Source: the human T2T-CHM13v2.0 reference genome, Homo sapiens. Taken from it: a DNA stretch of 64,000 nucleotides. Shown in pieces: positions 30,931 to 46,980 of the stretch. Position 1 is the stretch's first letter, and every line of letters begins with the position of its first letter. The position numbers and the translations under genes are program-made. The notes beneath the pieces are model-generated. The model ran no database searches. It saw only the letters and a list, made by a program, of their open reading frames with translations, and had not been told where the DNA came from. Location of the stretch: the NCBI RefSeq assembly GCF_009914755.1, contig NC_060932.1. One strand, given 5' to 3'.

Positions 30931-31244
30931 ACCCTGCAGAGCATGTTTTCTTCATCATGACTTTTCTCATTGACTAGAATCTTTTTTTTTCTTTTTTCTT
31001 TTCATGTGTGTTTGTGTGTTAGGAACAGAGAGAGGAGTTACAGGGATAGAGTGGTAGGGACAGGAGAAGTAGATAGGTAAGGAATGTCAGGCCCCAAGTA
31101 CCAAACAGAGTAGTGTATGAGCTTCAGTGTCAGAAAGACCTGGTTGGGCCTTAGGCTGTTCCTTTACCTCAGAGCCCCAGCTTCCACATCAGCAAAGTGG
31201 GAAAGCTTCCATTTGGGTTGCTCTGAGAGTGAAATGAGGTGCAC

Positions 31245-31470
31245 TGTAGCACAGTGAGGGGCTGAGTTTTGAGTCAGACAGACCTGCTTTCAAATCACAC
31301 TGACTTCTTGTATTAGCTGAGTCATCTTGCGTGTCAAAACCTCAGTTTTCTCATTTATGAAATGGGAATAATAGGATCTCCCTCATGGGCATGTAAGGAT
31401 TCAACTAGCTAATTCATGAAAAGTGTTTATTAGTACAAGGCTGGGTGCACGGTCAGCAATGTTAGCTTTC
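31245..31470 (+). mobile_element. MIR (a second MIR fragment lies at ~31105-31240)
   Basis: GAGTCAGACAGACCTG...CCTCAGTTTTCTCATTTATGAAATGGGAATAATA. Confidence 0.75.
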
Positions 31471-31648
31471 CCTCTCCTTTTAATAGAACCTTGCTAAAGG
31501 TTAGTTCCTTTCCCCTAAGGAAATGTAAGAGTTTGCCATTTTAAGTCCTTCAGTAATTTATTCACTGTAACTGTACAGAGAAAGAGTATGACTTTTTAGC
31601 AATTATATTTTCCATGGAGGAGTCTTCCATTCAGGCTCACCACATTGA

Positions 31649-31970
<322 letters not shown>

Positions 31971-32406
31971 TAAACCTCATTCTTATCAATGCATGATGAT
32001 AACAAATGCCATCCCAGGGCAAACAAGTGAATAGCATATCTTCTTTTTCGATTCTAGTCTCCTAATTTGAGGTAGTTTCTACACAGTTTTCTTACCTTCA
32101 ACAGCACATACTTAAGAACTCAATTCAGAACAACTCACCTTCTATATATAAACTTAGTATTGTGAGAAGCATATGGCCCAAGGCCTTGCTTTCAAGCAGC
32201 TAACTGCCTTCTTGGGAAAATAGAACTTCCAGAAAACAATTAGGCAACAATATGAAGAAAGTGTATGATAAGGTACAAAGTCTATTCCAACTATGTTTAT
32301 GACACTACTGGCAGTACGTGCATTGGTCAGAAGCTGGAATTTTCAGGGCAGGCTCCAGACTTTAGGAACTATGTTATGATCAACCAGCAGGTCTTAGAAT
32401 AACCGT

Positions 32407-32640
32407 TGTCTGTCTGTCTTTCTTTCTTTCCTTCTTTCTTTCTTTCTTTTCTTTTCTTTCTTTCCTTCTTTTCTTTCTTTATTTCCTTCTTTCCTTCCTT
32501 CCTTCTTTCCTTCCTTCTTATCTTCCTTCTTTCCTTCTTTCTTTCCTTCCCTTCCTTCCTTCCTTCCTTCCTTCCTTCCTTCCTTCCTTCCTTCCTTCCT
32601 TCCTTCTCTCTCTCTCTTTCTTTCTTTCTTTCTTCTTTCC
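32407..32640 (-). repeat. (TTTC/TTCC)n microsatellite with 13 consecutive TTCC units (32552-32603)
   Basis: Counted directly; expanded tail of the adjacent AluJ. Confidence 0.92.
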
Positions 32641-32973
<333 letters not shown>

Positions 32974-33033
32974 TGAGTCCATCCTGGGAAAAAAATAAGA
33001 CTATGATTTAAAGTCAGTGGTTTCCTAAAGATC

Positions 33034-33331
33034 TTTTTTTTTTTTTATTGGAGACAGGGTCTCACTCTATCACCCAGGCTGGAGTGCAGTGATGCAATCA
33101 CAGCTCACTGCAGCCTCAACCTCCTGGGCTTAAGTGATCTTCTCTCCCCAGCCTCCGAATAGCTGGGACTACAGGCACATGCCACCATGCCTGGCTAATG
33201 TTTGTATTTTTTGTAAAGATGGGGTTTTGCCATGTTGCCTAGGCTTGTCTTGAACTCCAGAGCTCAATTGATCCACCCGCCTTGGCCTCCATAAGTTCTG
33301 GGATTACAGGCGTGCACCACCATACCTGACC
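33034..33331 (-). mobile_element. AluJb-like
   Basis: Full antisense dimer with J diagnostics. Confidence 0.92.
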
Positions 33332-33599
33332 AAGATTCCTTTTTTAATATATACTTCCTCCCTCCTCCATGCTTTGAAATTCTTCCCTACCAAATTGCAT
33401 TTACACATAATAATTTTTGTCTTCCATGTTTTATTAATCAAAGACAGTTGCCTATCTGAAGTCTAGGTCAGCATAAGCCAATGTGAACTCAGTATAGCAA
33501 CACTATTATCTGATTCCAGGTTACAGGGGAGAAAAGAAACTAGGGTATTTCACTTGTTAATTATGCATTTGAGATATAAAGCCTTGCTAATGTCATGTA

Positions 33600-34470
33600 T
33601 GTATACATCCAGAAAATATGCAAAATCTAGAAACCATGCAGAAAAAGATTGATAATTTGAACTACATCAAAGCAAAAATTATCAGACCAGAATGCCAGTT
33701 AAATTTTTAAAAAGTTAAAAAATTATTTATGATATTTTTAGATGCCCTCAGTAAAGTCAAAAGACAAACTATCAGCTAAAGAGGAAAATTGTAATTTATG
33801 TGATAGAGGATTAATTTCCTGCACAAAATCTTACAAATCAATGTGAAAATGACAAACCAATATTCTACAAAATGAAAGCACATAGTTTCAGAAAAAGCAG
33901 TACCAATCACCAGTAAGAATATAAGATGTTTAACTTTACAAAAGAAATGAAAATAAAATAGGGCCGGGTATAGTGGCACACGCCTGTAATCCCAGCACTT
34001 CAGGAGCCTGAGGCAGGTGCATCACTTGATCTCAGGAGTTTGAGGCCAGCCTGGGCAACACAGTGAAACCCCATATCTACAAAAAATACAAAAACTAACC
34101 AGATGTAGTGCCTGTAGTCCCAGCTACTTAGTAGGGCTGAGGTGGGAAGATCACTTGAGCCCAGGAGGTTGAGTTCTTGGTAAGCCAAGATCGCGCCACT
34201 GCACTTCATTCCAGCCTGGGCGACACAGTGAGACCCTGACTCAAAAAGTAAAATAATGTTTACCTATCAAATTGGAAAAGATGTACACTTCTGATAATAT
34301 TCAGTGTTGCAATCTATATATGGGGAAGTAGCCACCTTAAATAATTTATTCAACATGTAAGTCCACACATAGACCCAAAAGTATGTATACAGTGATGTTG
34401 ATGGCAACATCTATTGTATCAGCCAAAAACTAGAAGCAAACCTTAAGCTTCTGATCAAGATTAAATAACA
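33600..34470 (+). mobile_element. Old L1ME-type fragment, host of a nested cluster
   Basis: GAAAAAGATTGATAATTTGAACTACATCAAA; TACCTATCAAATTGGAAAAGAT; AGCCAAAAACTAGAAGCAA. Confidence 0.6.
33962..34247 (+). mobile_element. AluJ/S inside the L1ME
   Basis: Full dimer; GATCACTTGAGCCCAGG. Confidence 0.9.
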
Positions 34471-35596
34471 GGTACCACATTGAACTTCCCTCCTAAAATA
34501 ACAGAGAAAAAAAAAGAAAACAAAATCTGTGAAACAACCACGGCACTCAAGGCATTGACATCAGGCATGGAAAGGCAATGATCCTTGAAGACAGGAAACA
34601 AAGGAAATGGGTCCCATGCTTGTTCCAGCTTACTATTGAGAGAGTTTTCAGGCCATAGTACAGGGAAGGGGAACCTAGGCAGATCCTTGTGATCTCCCTG
34701 AATGGAGGAAATATAACTAAGAGTCCAGGGAAGCCAAGATAGCTAGACTAGAGTAGAGAGATGCACAAAGAGAGAAATCTGGAGATGTGAGGAGGTCTCC
34801 TGAATACTGATGAGCACATGCATGTGAAGAAACTACCCAAGGCCAGGGAAAGAGCTATCTAATGGATTAGAGAGAACAGTGCCTGGAACTCACACAGGGA
34901 TGAGAATAGTACCTGTTCTCAACAACCAGAAAGGAAAGAAATCCATAATTCAGAGACATTGGTTACTTTTGCTTCAGTAGTAGAAAAAAATTAACCATAG
35001 ATTAAACACCACTCTGGTCATCCTGAGCACAACTTTAAAATAAGACCCAAAAGCATCAAACTGTTTCCAAATAAATAACTGCATCCAAGAACAAAACTCA
35101 AGAATGTTTATAAAGAAAACAAAAATAAACAGCACCCACAATGTCTAGATTCCAGGTAAAATTACCAGGCAAACAGGTAGCAGGAAAATACAACCCCTAA
35201 TAAGGGAGGGAAAATCAACCCATCAAAACTGACCTAGAAATGACACAGATATAAAAATTAATAGGAAAGGCATTAAAACAATTATTGTGATTGCATTCCA
35301 TATGTTCAGAAAACTATAAGAAAGATTGCCCATGTTAATTAGATACATGGAAGGTAGGTGTGTGTGTGTGGGCAGTGGGGGTGTATGTCTTTACATATGT
35401 AAAGACCCAATAAAATGAAACCTACAATGGCTGAAATTTTTGAAAAGATAAAACACACAAACTGGATGGGATTAATGGCAGCTTAGACACTGCAGAAGAG
35501 AAGACTAGTGAACTGGACAACACAGCAGTGAAAACTACCCAAAATGAAATAAAAAAAAGAATCTTAAAAAAATGAACAGGGCACCAGTGAACTGTG

Positions 35597-35678
35597 GGAC
35601 AGTCTCAGGGAGTCAAATATATGTTTTAGTGAAGTCTGGACAGTCTCAAGGAGTCACATATATGTTTTAGTGAAGTCT
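35597..35678. repeat. 41-bp tandem duplication (2 copies, 2 mismatches)
   Basis: GGACAGTCTCA(G/A)GGAGTCA(A/C)ATATATGTTTTAGTGAAGTCT x2. Confidence 0.92.
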
Positions 35679-35729
35679 CCAAAAGAAGAAAGCTATGAGG
35701 AGACAAAAAGATTTAAGAAAATTGTGGCT

Positions 35730-36020
35730 GGCCAGGCGTGGTGGCTCACGCCTGTAATCTAGCACTTTGGGAGGCCAAGGCTGGCAGATCACCTGAGGTC
35801 AGGAGTTCCAGACCAGCCTGACCAACATGGTGAAACGCCATCTCTACTAAAAATATAAAAATTAGCTGGACGTGGTGGCATGCACTTATAGTCCCACCTG
35901 CTCGGGAGGCTGCGGCAGGAAAATCGCTTGAACCCAGGAGGTGGAGGTTTCAATGAGCCGAGATCACACCACCACACTCCGGTCTGGGCAACAGAGGGAG
36001 ACTCCATCTCAAAAAAAAAA
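35730..36020 (+). mobile_element. AluS inside the L1 ORF1 relic
   Basis: Full dimer. Confidence 0.95.
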
Positions 36021-36149
36021 GAGAGAGAGAGAGAAAGAAAGAGAAGGAAGGAAGGAGGGAGGGAGGGAGGGAGGGAAGGAAGGGAAGGAAGGAAGGAAGG
36101 AAGGAAGGAAGGAAGGAAGGAAGGAAGGAAGGAAGGAAGGGAAGGAAGG
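36021..36149 (+). repeat. (GA)n-(GGGA)5-(GGAA)14 microsatellite
   Basis: GGGA x5 at 36057-36076; GGAA x14 at 36083-36138. Confidence 0.93.
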
Positions 36150-36594
36150 CAGGCTGAAAATTTTCCAAATTTCATGAAAACTGTGAACCCACAGTTTTCA
36201 GATTTCACAAACCCTCAAAGAAAGATACATGGGGAAAAAACTACACCAAGGGATCTTACGATCAAATTGTTTAAAATGAGTGATAAAGGGAAAACAGCAA
36301 CCAAAGGGGGAAAAGAAACATTATGTATAAAATAACAAATATAAAGTTGACAGCAGATTTCTCAAAAAAATGTATAAAGTAAGGTAGAAGACAGTGGAAT
36401 GAAATTTTTAAGTTACTGAAAGGAAGAAAAAACTTTCAGACTAGAATTCCATACCCAGCAAAATATATTTTTTAAAAAAAGGTGAGACATAAAGATTTTT
36501 TCAGACATACAAACAATAAAAGAATTCATCACCAACAAACCTGCATTACAAGAAATGTTAAAGGGAAACCCTTCAAGAAGAAAGAAAATGATGC

Positions 36595-36993
36595 AGTATT
36601 AGTTCTCATACTGCTGTAAAAAAAATACCTGAGACTGGATAATTTCTAAAGCAGAGAGGTTTAATTGGGCTCACAGTTCAGTGGGCTGTACAGGAAACAT
36701 GATGGTGGCAACTGCTCAGCTTCTGCGGAGGCCTCAGGAAACTGTAAATCATGGCAGAAGGCAAAGTGGGAGCAGACATATGGCCAGAGCAGGAGGAAGA
36801 GAGAGGGGCTACGCACTTTTCAACCACCGGATCTCACAAGAACTCTATCATGAGAACAGCACCAGGGGGACGGTGCTAAACTGTTAGAAACTGCCCCCAT
36901 GATCCAGTCACCTCCCACCAGGCCCCACCTCCAGTATTGGTGATTACATTTCAATATGAGATTTGGGCAAGGACATAGATCCAAACCATATCA
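36595..36993 (-). mobile_element. MSTA-like MaLR solo LTR inserted in the L1
   Basis: GTATTAGTT...CTGAGACTGG...GGACATAGATCCAAACCATATCA; TSD GAT(G/A)C. Confidence 0.9.
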
Positions 36994-37608
36994 GATACCA
37001 AGTGGAAACCTGGATCTACACAAAGAACTAAATGATAAAGATCATCATAAATGGTAACTACATGAATACACACAGGATTTTTTTTCTTAATATTCTAACC
37101 TCTGTAATCATTGAGTTTTTCAAGCAAAAATAATACCAATGTTTGTATCATATGTAAAAGTAAAATGTGTAACAACAGCACTAAGGCTAGCAGGGAGAAA
37201 TGGAATTATACTGTTTCAAGGCTCTTACACTATAGAGCCCAGGCAACTGGCTTCGTGGTGAATTCTACCAAGTATTTAAGGAAAAAGTAATACCAAGTCT
37301 ACAGAAACTCTGACAGAAAACTGAAGAATAGAAAATATTACCCCAAACATTCTACAAGGTTAGCATTACCCTGATGCCAAAACCAGGCAAAGTTATTATA
37401 AGAAAAAGAAAATTACAAATTAATATCCCTCATAAACATAGATGCAAAAATTCTAAATAACTTTTTAGCAAATGGAATCCAAATATATACAAAAAAGATA
37501 ATACATTATGACCAACGGGGGGTTATTCCAGGAATGCAAGATTGGTTTGACATTTGAAAACTAATCTGTATAATTCACCATATTAACAGAGCAAAAAAAG
37601 AAAAATCA

Positions 37609-38175
37609 GGCCAGGCACAGTGGCTCTTGCCTGTAATCCCAGACATGATAGTCAGTTTTTGTTGTTGTTGTTTTTGTTATGTTTCTTTAAACTTTAGCCA
37701 TCCTAATAGGTGTGTAGTGGTATCTCATTATGATTTTAATCTGCATTTCCCTAATGACTCAGGAGGTTGAGCATCTTTATGTATGCTTATTTGTCACTTA
37801 CATATTTTCTTTTAAGTGTTCGTTCACATCAATATTTTTTTGTTTATTTCAATATCTTTTAAGATCTTTTTTCCATTTTTTGGATTTTGAGTTTTAAGAG
37901 ATCTTTTTATATTCTGGATATGACCTCAAACTGACCACTTTGGGAAGCTAAAGTGGGAGAGTCGCTTGAGCCCAGGAGTTTGAGACCAACCTGGGCAACA
38001 TAGCAAGACCGTGTCTCTACAAAGAAATTTTAAAATTAGCCAGGTGTGGTGGTGGGTACCTCTAGGTCTAGCTACTCGGGAGGCTGAGGCAGGAGGATCA
38101 CTTGAGCCCAGGAATTGGAGGTGACAGTGAGTTATCATTGTGCCACTGCACTGCAGTCTGAGAGTGAGTGAAGCA
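37609..38175 (+). mobile_element. AluJ split by a 293-bp antisense L1-derived insert (37643-37935)
   Basis: The Alu stops at ...GTAATCCCAG (37642) and resumes in register at CACTTTGGG (37936); TSD approximately G(A/G)AAAATCA. Confidence 0.9.
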
Positions 38176-38659
38176 GAAAGAAGGAAAATCATATGATCAT
38201 CTCAATAGATGCAGAAAAAGCATTTGACAAAATCCAATACTGATTCTTGATTTTAAAAATGCTCAGCAAACAGAATAGAAGGGAACTTCTTAAATCTACT
38301 AATGAGCATCTATGAAAAGCCTACATATAACATCATACTTCATGGTGAAAAACTGAAAGCATATCCCCTAAGGAAACTAGCAAGGATGTCTACTCTTACC
38401 ACTTCTGTTTAGCATTGTACTGGGGTTCAAACAAGTACAATAAGGTAAGAAAAAGCAATAAAGGCATCCATTGGAAAAGGAGTAGTAAAATTTGCAGATA
38501 ACATGATCATCTGTGCTGAAAATCCAATGAAATCTACAAAAAAGCTGCTAGAACTAATACGTGAGTTTAGCAAATTTGAAGAATATAAGACTAATTAAAA
38601 ATAATTATATTCCTATATACTAGCAACAATCAGAATTTAAAAATTTTAAATGCCATTTA

Positions 38660-38976
<317 letters not shown>

Positions 38977-40657
38977 TTAATGGAAAGATATACCATGTTA
39001 ATGAATTCGAAAACTCAATATACTTAAGATGCCAATTCTCACCGAATTGATCTGTTGATTCAAAGAAACCACAATCAGAATCCCAGCAGGGGTTTTTTTG
39101 TAGATATTGACGAGATTATTCTGAAATTCCTATAGAAACACAGAGGACATACAGCATCCAAAATAACTTTGGAAAAAAAAGGACAAAGTTAGAGAACTTA
39201 TTCTACCTGACTTCAAGACTTAATGAAGCTATAGTAACAAGGGTAGTGTAGTAAGATGGACAACAGTTAAATAAATCAGTGGAATGGAATAGAGTCCAGA
39301 AATAGATCCATGCATAGGCAGCCAATTAATTTTCTACTCACATGCAAAGACAGTTCCATGGTTTTCCACAAACATGCAAAGATAATGCAGTGAGAAAAGG
39401 ACAGCCTTTGCAACAAATGGTTCTGTAACAATCCAATATTCATATATTCAGAATATAAACTTTGAACCATATCTCACACCATATGTAAAAATTAACTCAA
39501 AGTGGATCATATATCTGAATATAAAACCTAAAACTATAGAAGCCCTAGAAGAAAACATAGGAGAAACTGTGACCTTGGTTTAGGCAAAGAGCAATCCACA
39601 TTTTTAAAAATTATAATTTAGACTTCATCAAAATTAGGAACTTCTGTTCTTCAAGAGATACTCTTAGGAGAATGAAAGGCCAAGTGACAGTCTGGGAAAT
39701 GTTATTTTCAAATCACAAATCTGATAAAGGGCCTGAATCCAGAATAGTAAAAGATCTCTCAAAACTCAATAAGAAGAAAGCACTCCCAAAAATGGAAAAA
39801 AGATTTTGAAAAGATACTGAAATGAACAACAACAAAAAAACTAACATGAACAGACACTTAAAATATATAGATGACAAGCACATGTAAAGATGCTCAGCCT
39901 CTTTTAGTCATTAGGGAAATACAGATTAACACTATAATGAAATACCACTACACACCTATTAGGATAGTTAAAGTTTTTAAAAACACGACAAAAACTGATC
40001 ATACCATGTGTTGGCAAGTCTAGGCAGAATCTGAGTCTCTTCACACTGCTGGTGGAAATGTAAACTGATACAACCACTTTAAAAGTTAAACATATATGAC
40101 CTAGGCATCCCACTTCGAGATATTTATTCAAGACCATTGGAAGCATGTGCCCGCAGAAAGACTTCTACTACACAAATGTTCATAGCAGCTTTATTTCTAT
40201 TAGTTCAAACTGGAAACAAGCCCAATATCCCGTAACTGATAAATGAATAGACATTGTATGTCATATCCACAGAATACTACTCAGCAAAAAAAAAAAAATG
40301 AGGACTATTGATACATGCAGCAAGGTGCCAGACCAAAAAAAAAAAAAAAAAAAGAGCATATCCTATGTGATTCCATTTTGATAAAATTCTTTATGATGCA
40401 AATTGATGTAAGGCATCAGAAAACAGATCAGTTGTGTTGGAGTGGGGGAGTAGAAGCCTGAAAGTGCAGAGGATAGGGATTACTAAGGGCACAAGGCAAC
40501 TTTGTGAACAATCAACAAATATTCACTCTCTTGATTGTGGTAATGATTGAACAGATGTGTACATTATCAAATTATATACTTTATATGCATAGTTAATTAT
40601 ATATTAATTATGCCTCATTAAAGATGGGGACAGGAAGCTACTTACTTAAATGCTTAT

Positions 40658-40830
40658 TATAGTCTCAGTTACTCAGGAGGCTGAGGCAGGAGGATCACTT
40701 GAGTCCGGGAGTTCAAGGCTGCAGTACACTATGATAGTGCCTGTGAATAGCCACTGCACTCCAGCTTGGGTAACATAGCCAAACCCCGTTTCTATTAAAA
40801 TAAAATAAAATAAAATAAAATAAAATAAAA
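40658..40830 (+). mobile_element. Alu right monomer (FRAM/AluJ fragment) with (TAAAA)n
   Basis: GGATCACTTGAGTCCGGGAGTTCAAGGCTGCAGT. Confidence 0.85.
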
Positions 40831-40864
40831 TGTGTATTGTCAGGGGATTAATTAGATGAATTCT

Positions 40865-41137
40865 GGGGTCTCACTCTGTCACCCAGGTTGGAGTGCAGTG
40901 GCACGATCTCGGCTCATTGCAACCTCTACCTCCTGGCTCAAGTCATCCTCTCACTTCAGCCTCCTAAGAAGCTGGAACCACAGGCACATACCACCACACC
41001 TGGCTATTTTTTTTTTATTTTTGGTAGAGACAGCATTTTGCCATGTAGGCTGGTCTTGAACTCCTGAGCTCAAGCAATCTGCCCGCCTCAGACTACCAAA
41101 ATGCTAGGATTACAGGTGTGAGCCACTGTGCCTGGCT
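40865..41137 (-). mobile_element. AluJ lacking its tail
   Basis: Antisense dimer beginning GGGGTCTCACTCTG. Confidence 0.88.
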
Positions 41138-41153
41138 TAAGCAGCTATTTTTA

Positions 41154-41780
<627 letters not shown>

Positions 41781-41789
41781 TCAAGTCAT

Positions 41790-42458
<669 letters not shown>

Positions 42459-42471
42459 GAGAGAGAGAGAG

Positions 42472-42794
<323 letters not shown>

Positions 42795-44294
42795 CTATAA
42801 TTGAAATATAATTACTGAATGAATGTAGTATAATTACCAATTGAAAACTATATGACTGAAACATAATCCAGTTTGTTTATTCATCTGAGTAGCTGCTGTC
42901 TTTTTAGGAGGCTTTAAAGATAATTCTGGGTTAGAAAATTGATGTTGTGGGTTTGTCCCAAATAACTAAAATATTTTACACCTTATTTCTTGATCAGATT
43001 AAAGTAAGAGAGTGTTTTTTTTTAAGTCTTTAATTTGAGCTAAAACATCTACCATTTTGTAGTATGTGAGAGCTATAGACAAGAGAGAGGGTAGGTACAG
43101 AACTAAGGAGGCTAGAAGTCTTTGTCCATACAGGTGTTGGGCACAGAATATAAGGAAATAAAAGGTGTTAAAAGTAAGATTTCTGTAGAATATTACAGGA
43201 CTTGAAGGTTTGACCTGAAGTACTCCATTTCTCCAATATAGTATAAGTAACCACAAAATATATGTATACAATTGTTTTAGGATTTAAAGGCATGACTGTA
43301 TTAGGTAACTAATTACCATAGGGATTATCATGAATGGGTTTACAGAGATTCTTGACATCTCTAAATGGGTCTGAATAGATTAATATCAAGGTAATCTGGG
43401 AACTCCCTTTGAACCTTTTGAGGTTAGTATATATTAAAGAGCTCCTCCTCAATAAAAGATTGCCATATTCAAGAACTATCATAATTATGGGTGAGGTTTT
43501 CTAGCACAAGGAAAATCATTTTTTAAAACTGTTTGCTTTAGTGAGACTAACATTTGAGGAAATAGTACTGGCCATTTTTCCAGGTTGTATAGTCACTTTT
43601 AAGAGGCAGGCATCATCCAAAGACTTCTCACTGGCCTTTTTTTTTTTTTTTAACAGATTCTTAAGTTATGACATTGAAATTGACAGTCAGAATCATGTCC
43701 ACAAGAAACAATATTCTAAACTTGATGTATGAATCTTCATGATGCCTCTGTCTTTAGAAAATTTTTGAATTGTTTATGAGGTCATGGGATGGAGCTAAGT
43801 ATAATAACTGTAGTCTCCATTTAAGAATCAATTTTCATGCCTGTCTCATCAGAGTCTAGTGAAAGAATAAAAGAAAGGTGTATAAAAGCACATGGAGAGC
43901 TATGAACGTGCAAATTGCTGAGCACCTCGAGGGCCTGGATTGGGTTGTGTGCCAGGCACAAGGAGTATCTTAACACACGTTTTCACTGGAGTAGATCTGG
44001 ACACCAAGGCCTGCTGGTTTCAGAATTCGCTGCCAAGCCAGAGGATGAGTAGTTCTCTCATGAGAGCCCAACTCAGGGATTTTCAAAAATGTGGTCTTGA
44101 GGATTCTCCACATGATTCACAGGCTGGTGCACAAATTCTCAATGTGTAGTGTTTTATTTCTGGCATGAATCAGTGATTTGCTATCTATCATCGGTGTTTC
44201 ATCAGAAACAGTAGCAACCTTTTCATTCATCCCTGTCATCTGGGTCTCCACTTTCTGTTTTTTTTTCTGTTTTATTTTTAGTGGCAGGGGAGTT

Positions 44295-44435
44295 ATAATC
44301 TTAAAATGTCACAGCTAGAAATAATATCCAAGGTCATTTAGTCCCAACCCTCTCAGAGATGAGGAAACATCTAGTCACTGTTTCAGTGAGACCCGAAGTC
44401 AGAACTCCTGGCCCCCAGTTCAGCACCTTCTTGGC
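44295..44435 (-). mobile_element. MIR3-like
   Basis: AGGTCATTTAGTCCCAACCCTCTCAGAGATGAGGAAAC. Confidence 0.55.
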
Positions 44436-45147
44436 TGCCTGCATGAGGCCTGTCCCATCAGACAGTCTGCAGACCAAGGAAATGTGAGCGGCAGTGTCCA
44501 GACTCATCCAAGACTGAGTTGTGACCAAGACAGCTACTGTATTAGTTAAGATGTGGAGAAAACCACCCTTGAATCATGTTGCAGCAACATCAAGGTAGGA
44601 CCTCATGCTTGGTAAAATCCCTACCTGGGAAACCAAGATCTGAATGACAGCAAGACCAGCCTGACCTCAGTCCCCAGCAGCGGGCAATCCTTCCTTACCA
44701 GGTTATCTCAGTGAGACTTTAATTAGGATGTTCTTGGATGTGTTTAAAACCTGGCACAGCCTTGCAGTTTCAGCCCAGGTCCTTTCAATCTGGGGACAGC
44801 AGGAGCTCCCACTACAGGAGCTTTTTGGCTGTGAGCAGGGCTCCTATCAGCTTGGCTCTTCAGAGCTGTCACAAAACCTGGAGACCGCCATTGTTTTTTG
44901 ATATCCTGTTTCCTTTCTTTTTAGTTACCAAGAAGATTTCCTTTTGAACAAGCATCATGTTTTGTTTACATTGAGGGTTAGGTGTTTATGTTGATGTTTT
45001 AGTTGGAATCCACGTCTGCCTTTAGTTATAGACAACCTCATTGCCAGCAGATCTTAGTCCTCAGCAACACACCTGTCTAGCTTGTTCTGATATACTGGGA
45101 CAAACCTTGGGAGTCTGGGGGCCCTTTTTAATCTTGTGGCTCCATCA

Positions 45148-45370
45148 CAGTAGAGAGAGTGATAAGTATGGCCTCTGGGATCAGACTTATTAGCTGCCTG
45201 GCAAATATCAGGCCAGTTTACCTCTCTGGACCTCGGTTTCCTCATCTGTAAAATGGGGATAATATTTGCAACCTGCCTCATAGAGTTGTTGTGAGACACA
45301 TTGTGAATTAATTCACACAGTGTTCACTCAGTTCAAGGCCTGGTAGATAGTTAGCACTCAGTAAACTGAC
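45148..45370 (+). mobile_element. MIR
   Basis: CCTCGGTTTCCTCATCTGTAAAATGGGGATAATA. Confidence 0.85.
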
Positions 45371-45649
45371 AGGTGGCCATGGAGGTGGTGGTGGTGATAC
45401 CATGTAGTAAGACTGGTTGTTATTTTTTTTGTTACTATCACTTCTCTCCAGCCCCCTCCGAAAGAACCATCATTACCTAGAATCATTGACCCTGAGGTTG
45501 GGAGTTAAAGCCAAAGGTGGGTAAGCTACAGGAGGAAGGGGTATGACCTAGGAATGGGAGGGAACAGGTAGCTTTACAGATTCGGGGCACGTCGCTTTCA
45601 GAAGGATGGAAACAAGGCTGCCTTCTTGTTAGGGAAAAACAGAACTAAC

Positions 45650-45961
45650 TTTTTCTTTTTTCTTTTTTTTTTTTTTTTTTTTGAGACAGTCTCTCTCTGT
45701 CACCCAGGCTGGAGTGCAATGGGACGATCTAGGTTCACTGCAGCCTCCATCTCCCGGTTCGAGCGATTCTCCTGCCTCAGCCTCCCAAGTAGCTGGAATT
45801 ACAAGCGTGTGCCACCACACCCGGCTAATTTTTGTATTTTTAGTAGAGACAGGGTTTCACCACGTTGGCCAGGCTGGTCTCGAACTCCTGACCTCAAGTG
45901 ATCCACCCACCTCGGCCTCCCAAAGTGCTGCGATTACAGGTGTCAGTCACCATGCCCAGCC
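45650..45961 (-). mobile_element. AluS
   Basis: Full dimer; TSD AGAACTA..TTTT. Confidence 0.95.
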
Positions 45962-46505
45962 CCCAGAACTAGTTTTTGGACACACCATGAAGAAGTGTGG
46001 AAATCTCCTGCCCTCTTGCCAATCCCCAACCTCAGGGAGGAAGGCTACCCTTAGAGAAACACAGATCTGCTCTGAGGAATGCATGGGCCAAAAATAAGCT
46101 CGCACCTGGGCAACTCCAGATTTCATTCCATGCCTAATTACGTTTATTTCTTAAGCCTCGAATGTATGCTAGGTACTAAAGGAAACAGAATTTAGAGCTA
46201 GCTCTTCCCAATAAGAAGCAGGAGGAGTGGGAAACGCCAGAGGCTTTGGAGGAGTGATGATCACCCGACATTGCCTCCCACAAGCACGTGGCCTGGAGCA
46301 CTTACCTCCCTCTAGGCCCCAGCTGTCAAGTGTGGGGTTTGGACTAGGTGACCACAGCTCCTTTCAGTTTTAATGTAATGCAGAGTCCACTGAAAGAGAA
46401 ACTCAAACTTTGTTCCCTTTACTCATTAGATTTTTGTGTTACCACCTCTTTCACACACATGATGTGAAAAAGGTGGTATTGTGTCATATATTAAGAAAGA
46501 AAGGT

Positions 46506-46980
<475 letters not shown>

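Noticed and set aside
43881-43888. TATAAAAG TATA-box consensus
   Set aside because: An isolated 8-mer in AT-rich DNA with no other promoter evidence
44419-44440. TTCAGCACC, the REST left half-site
   Set aside because: The right half is absent and it lies in a MIR3-like relic
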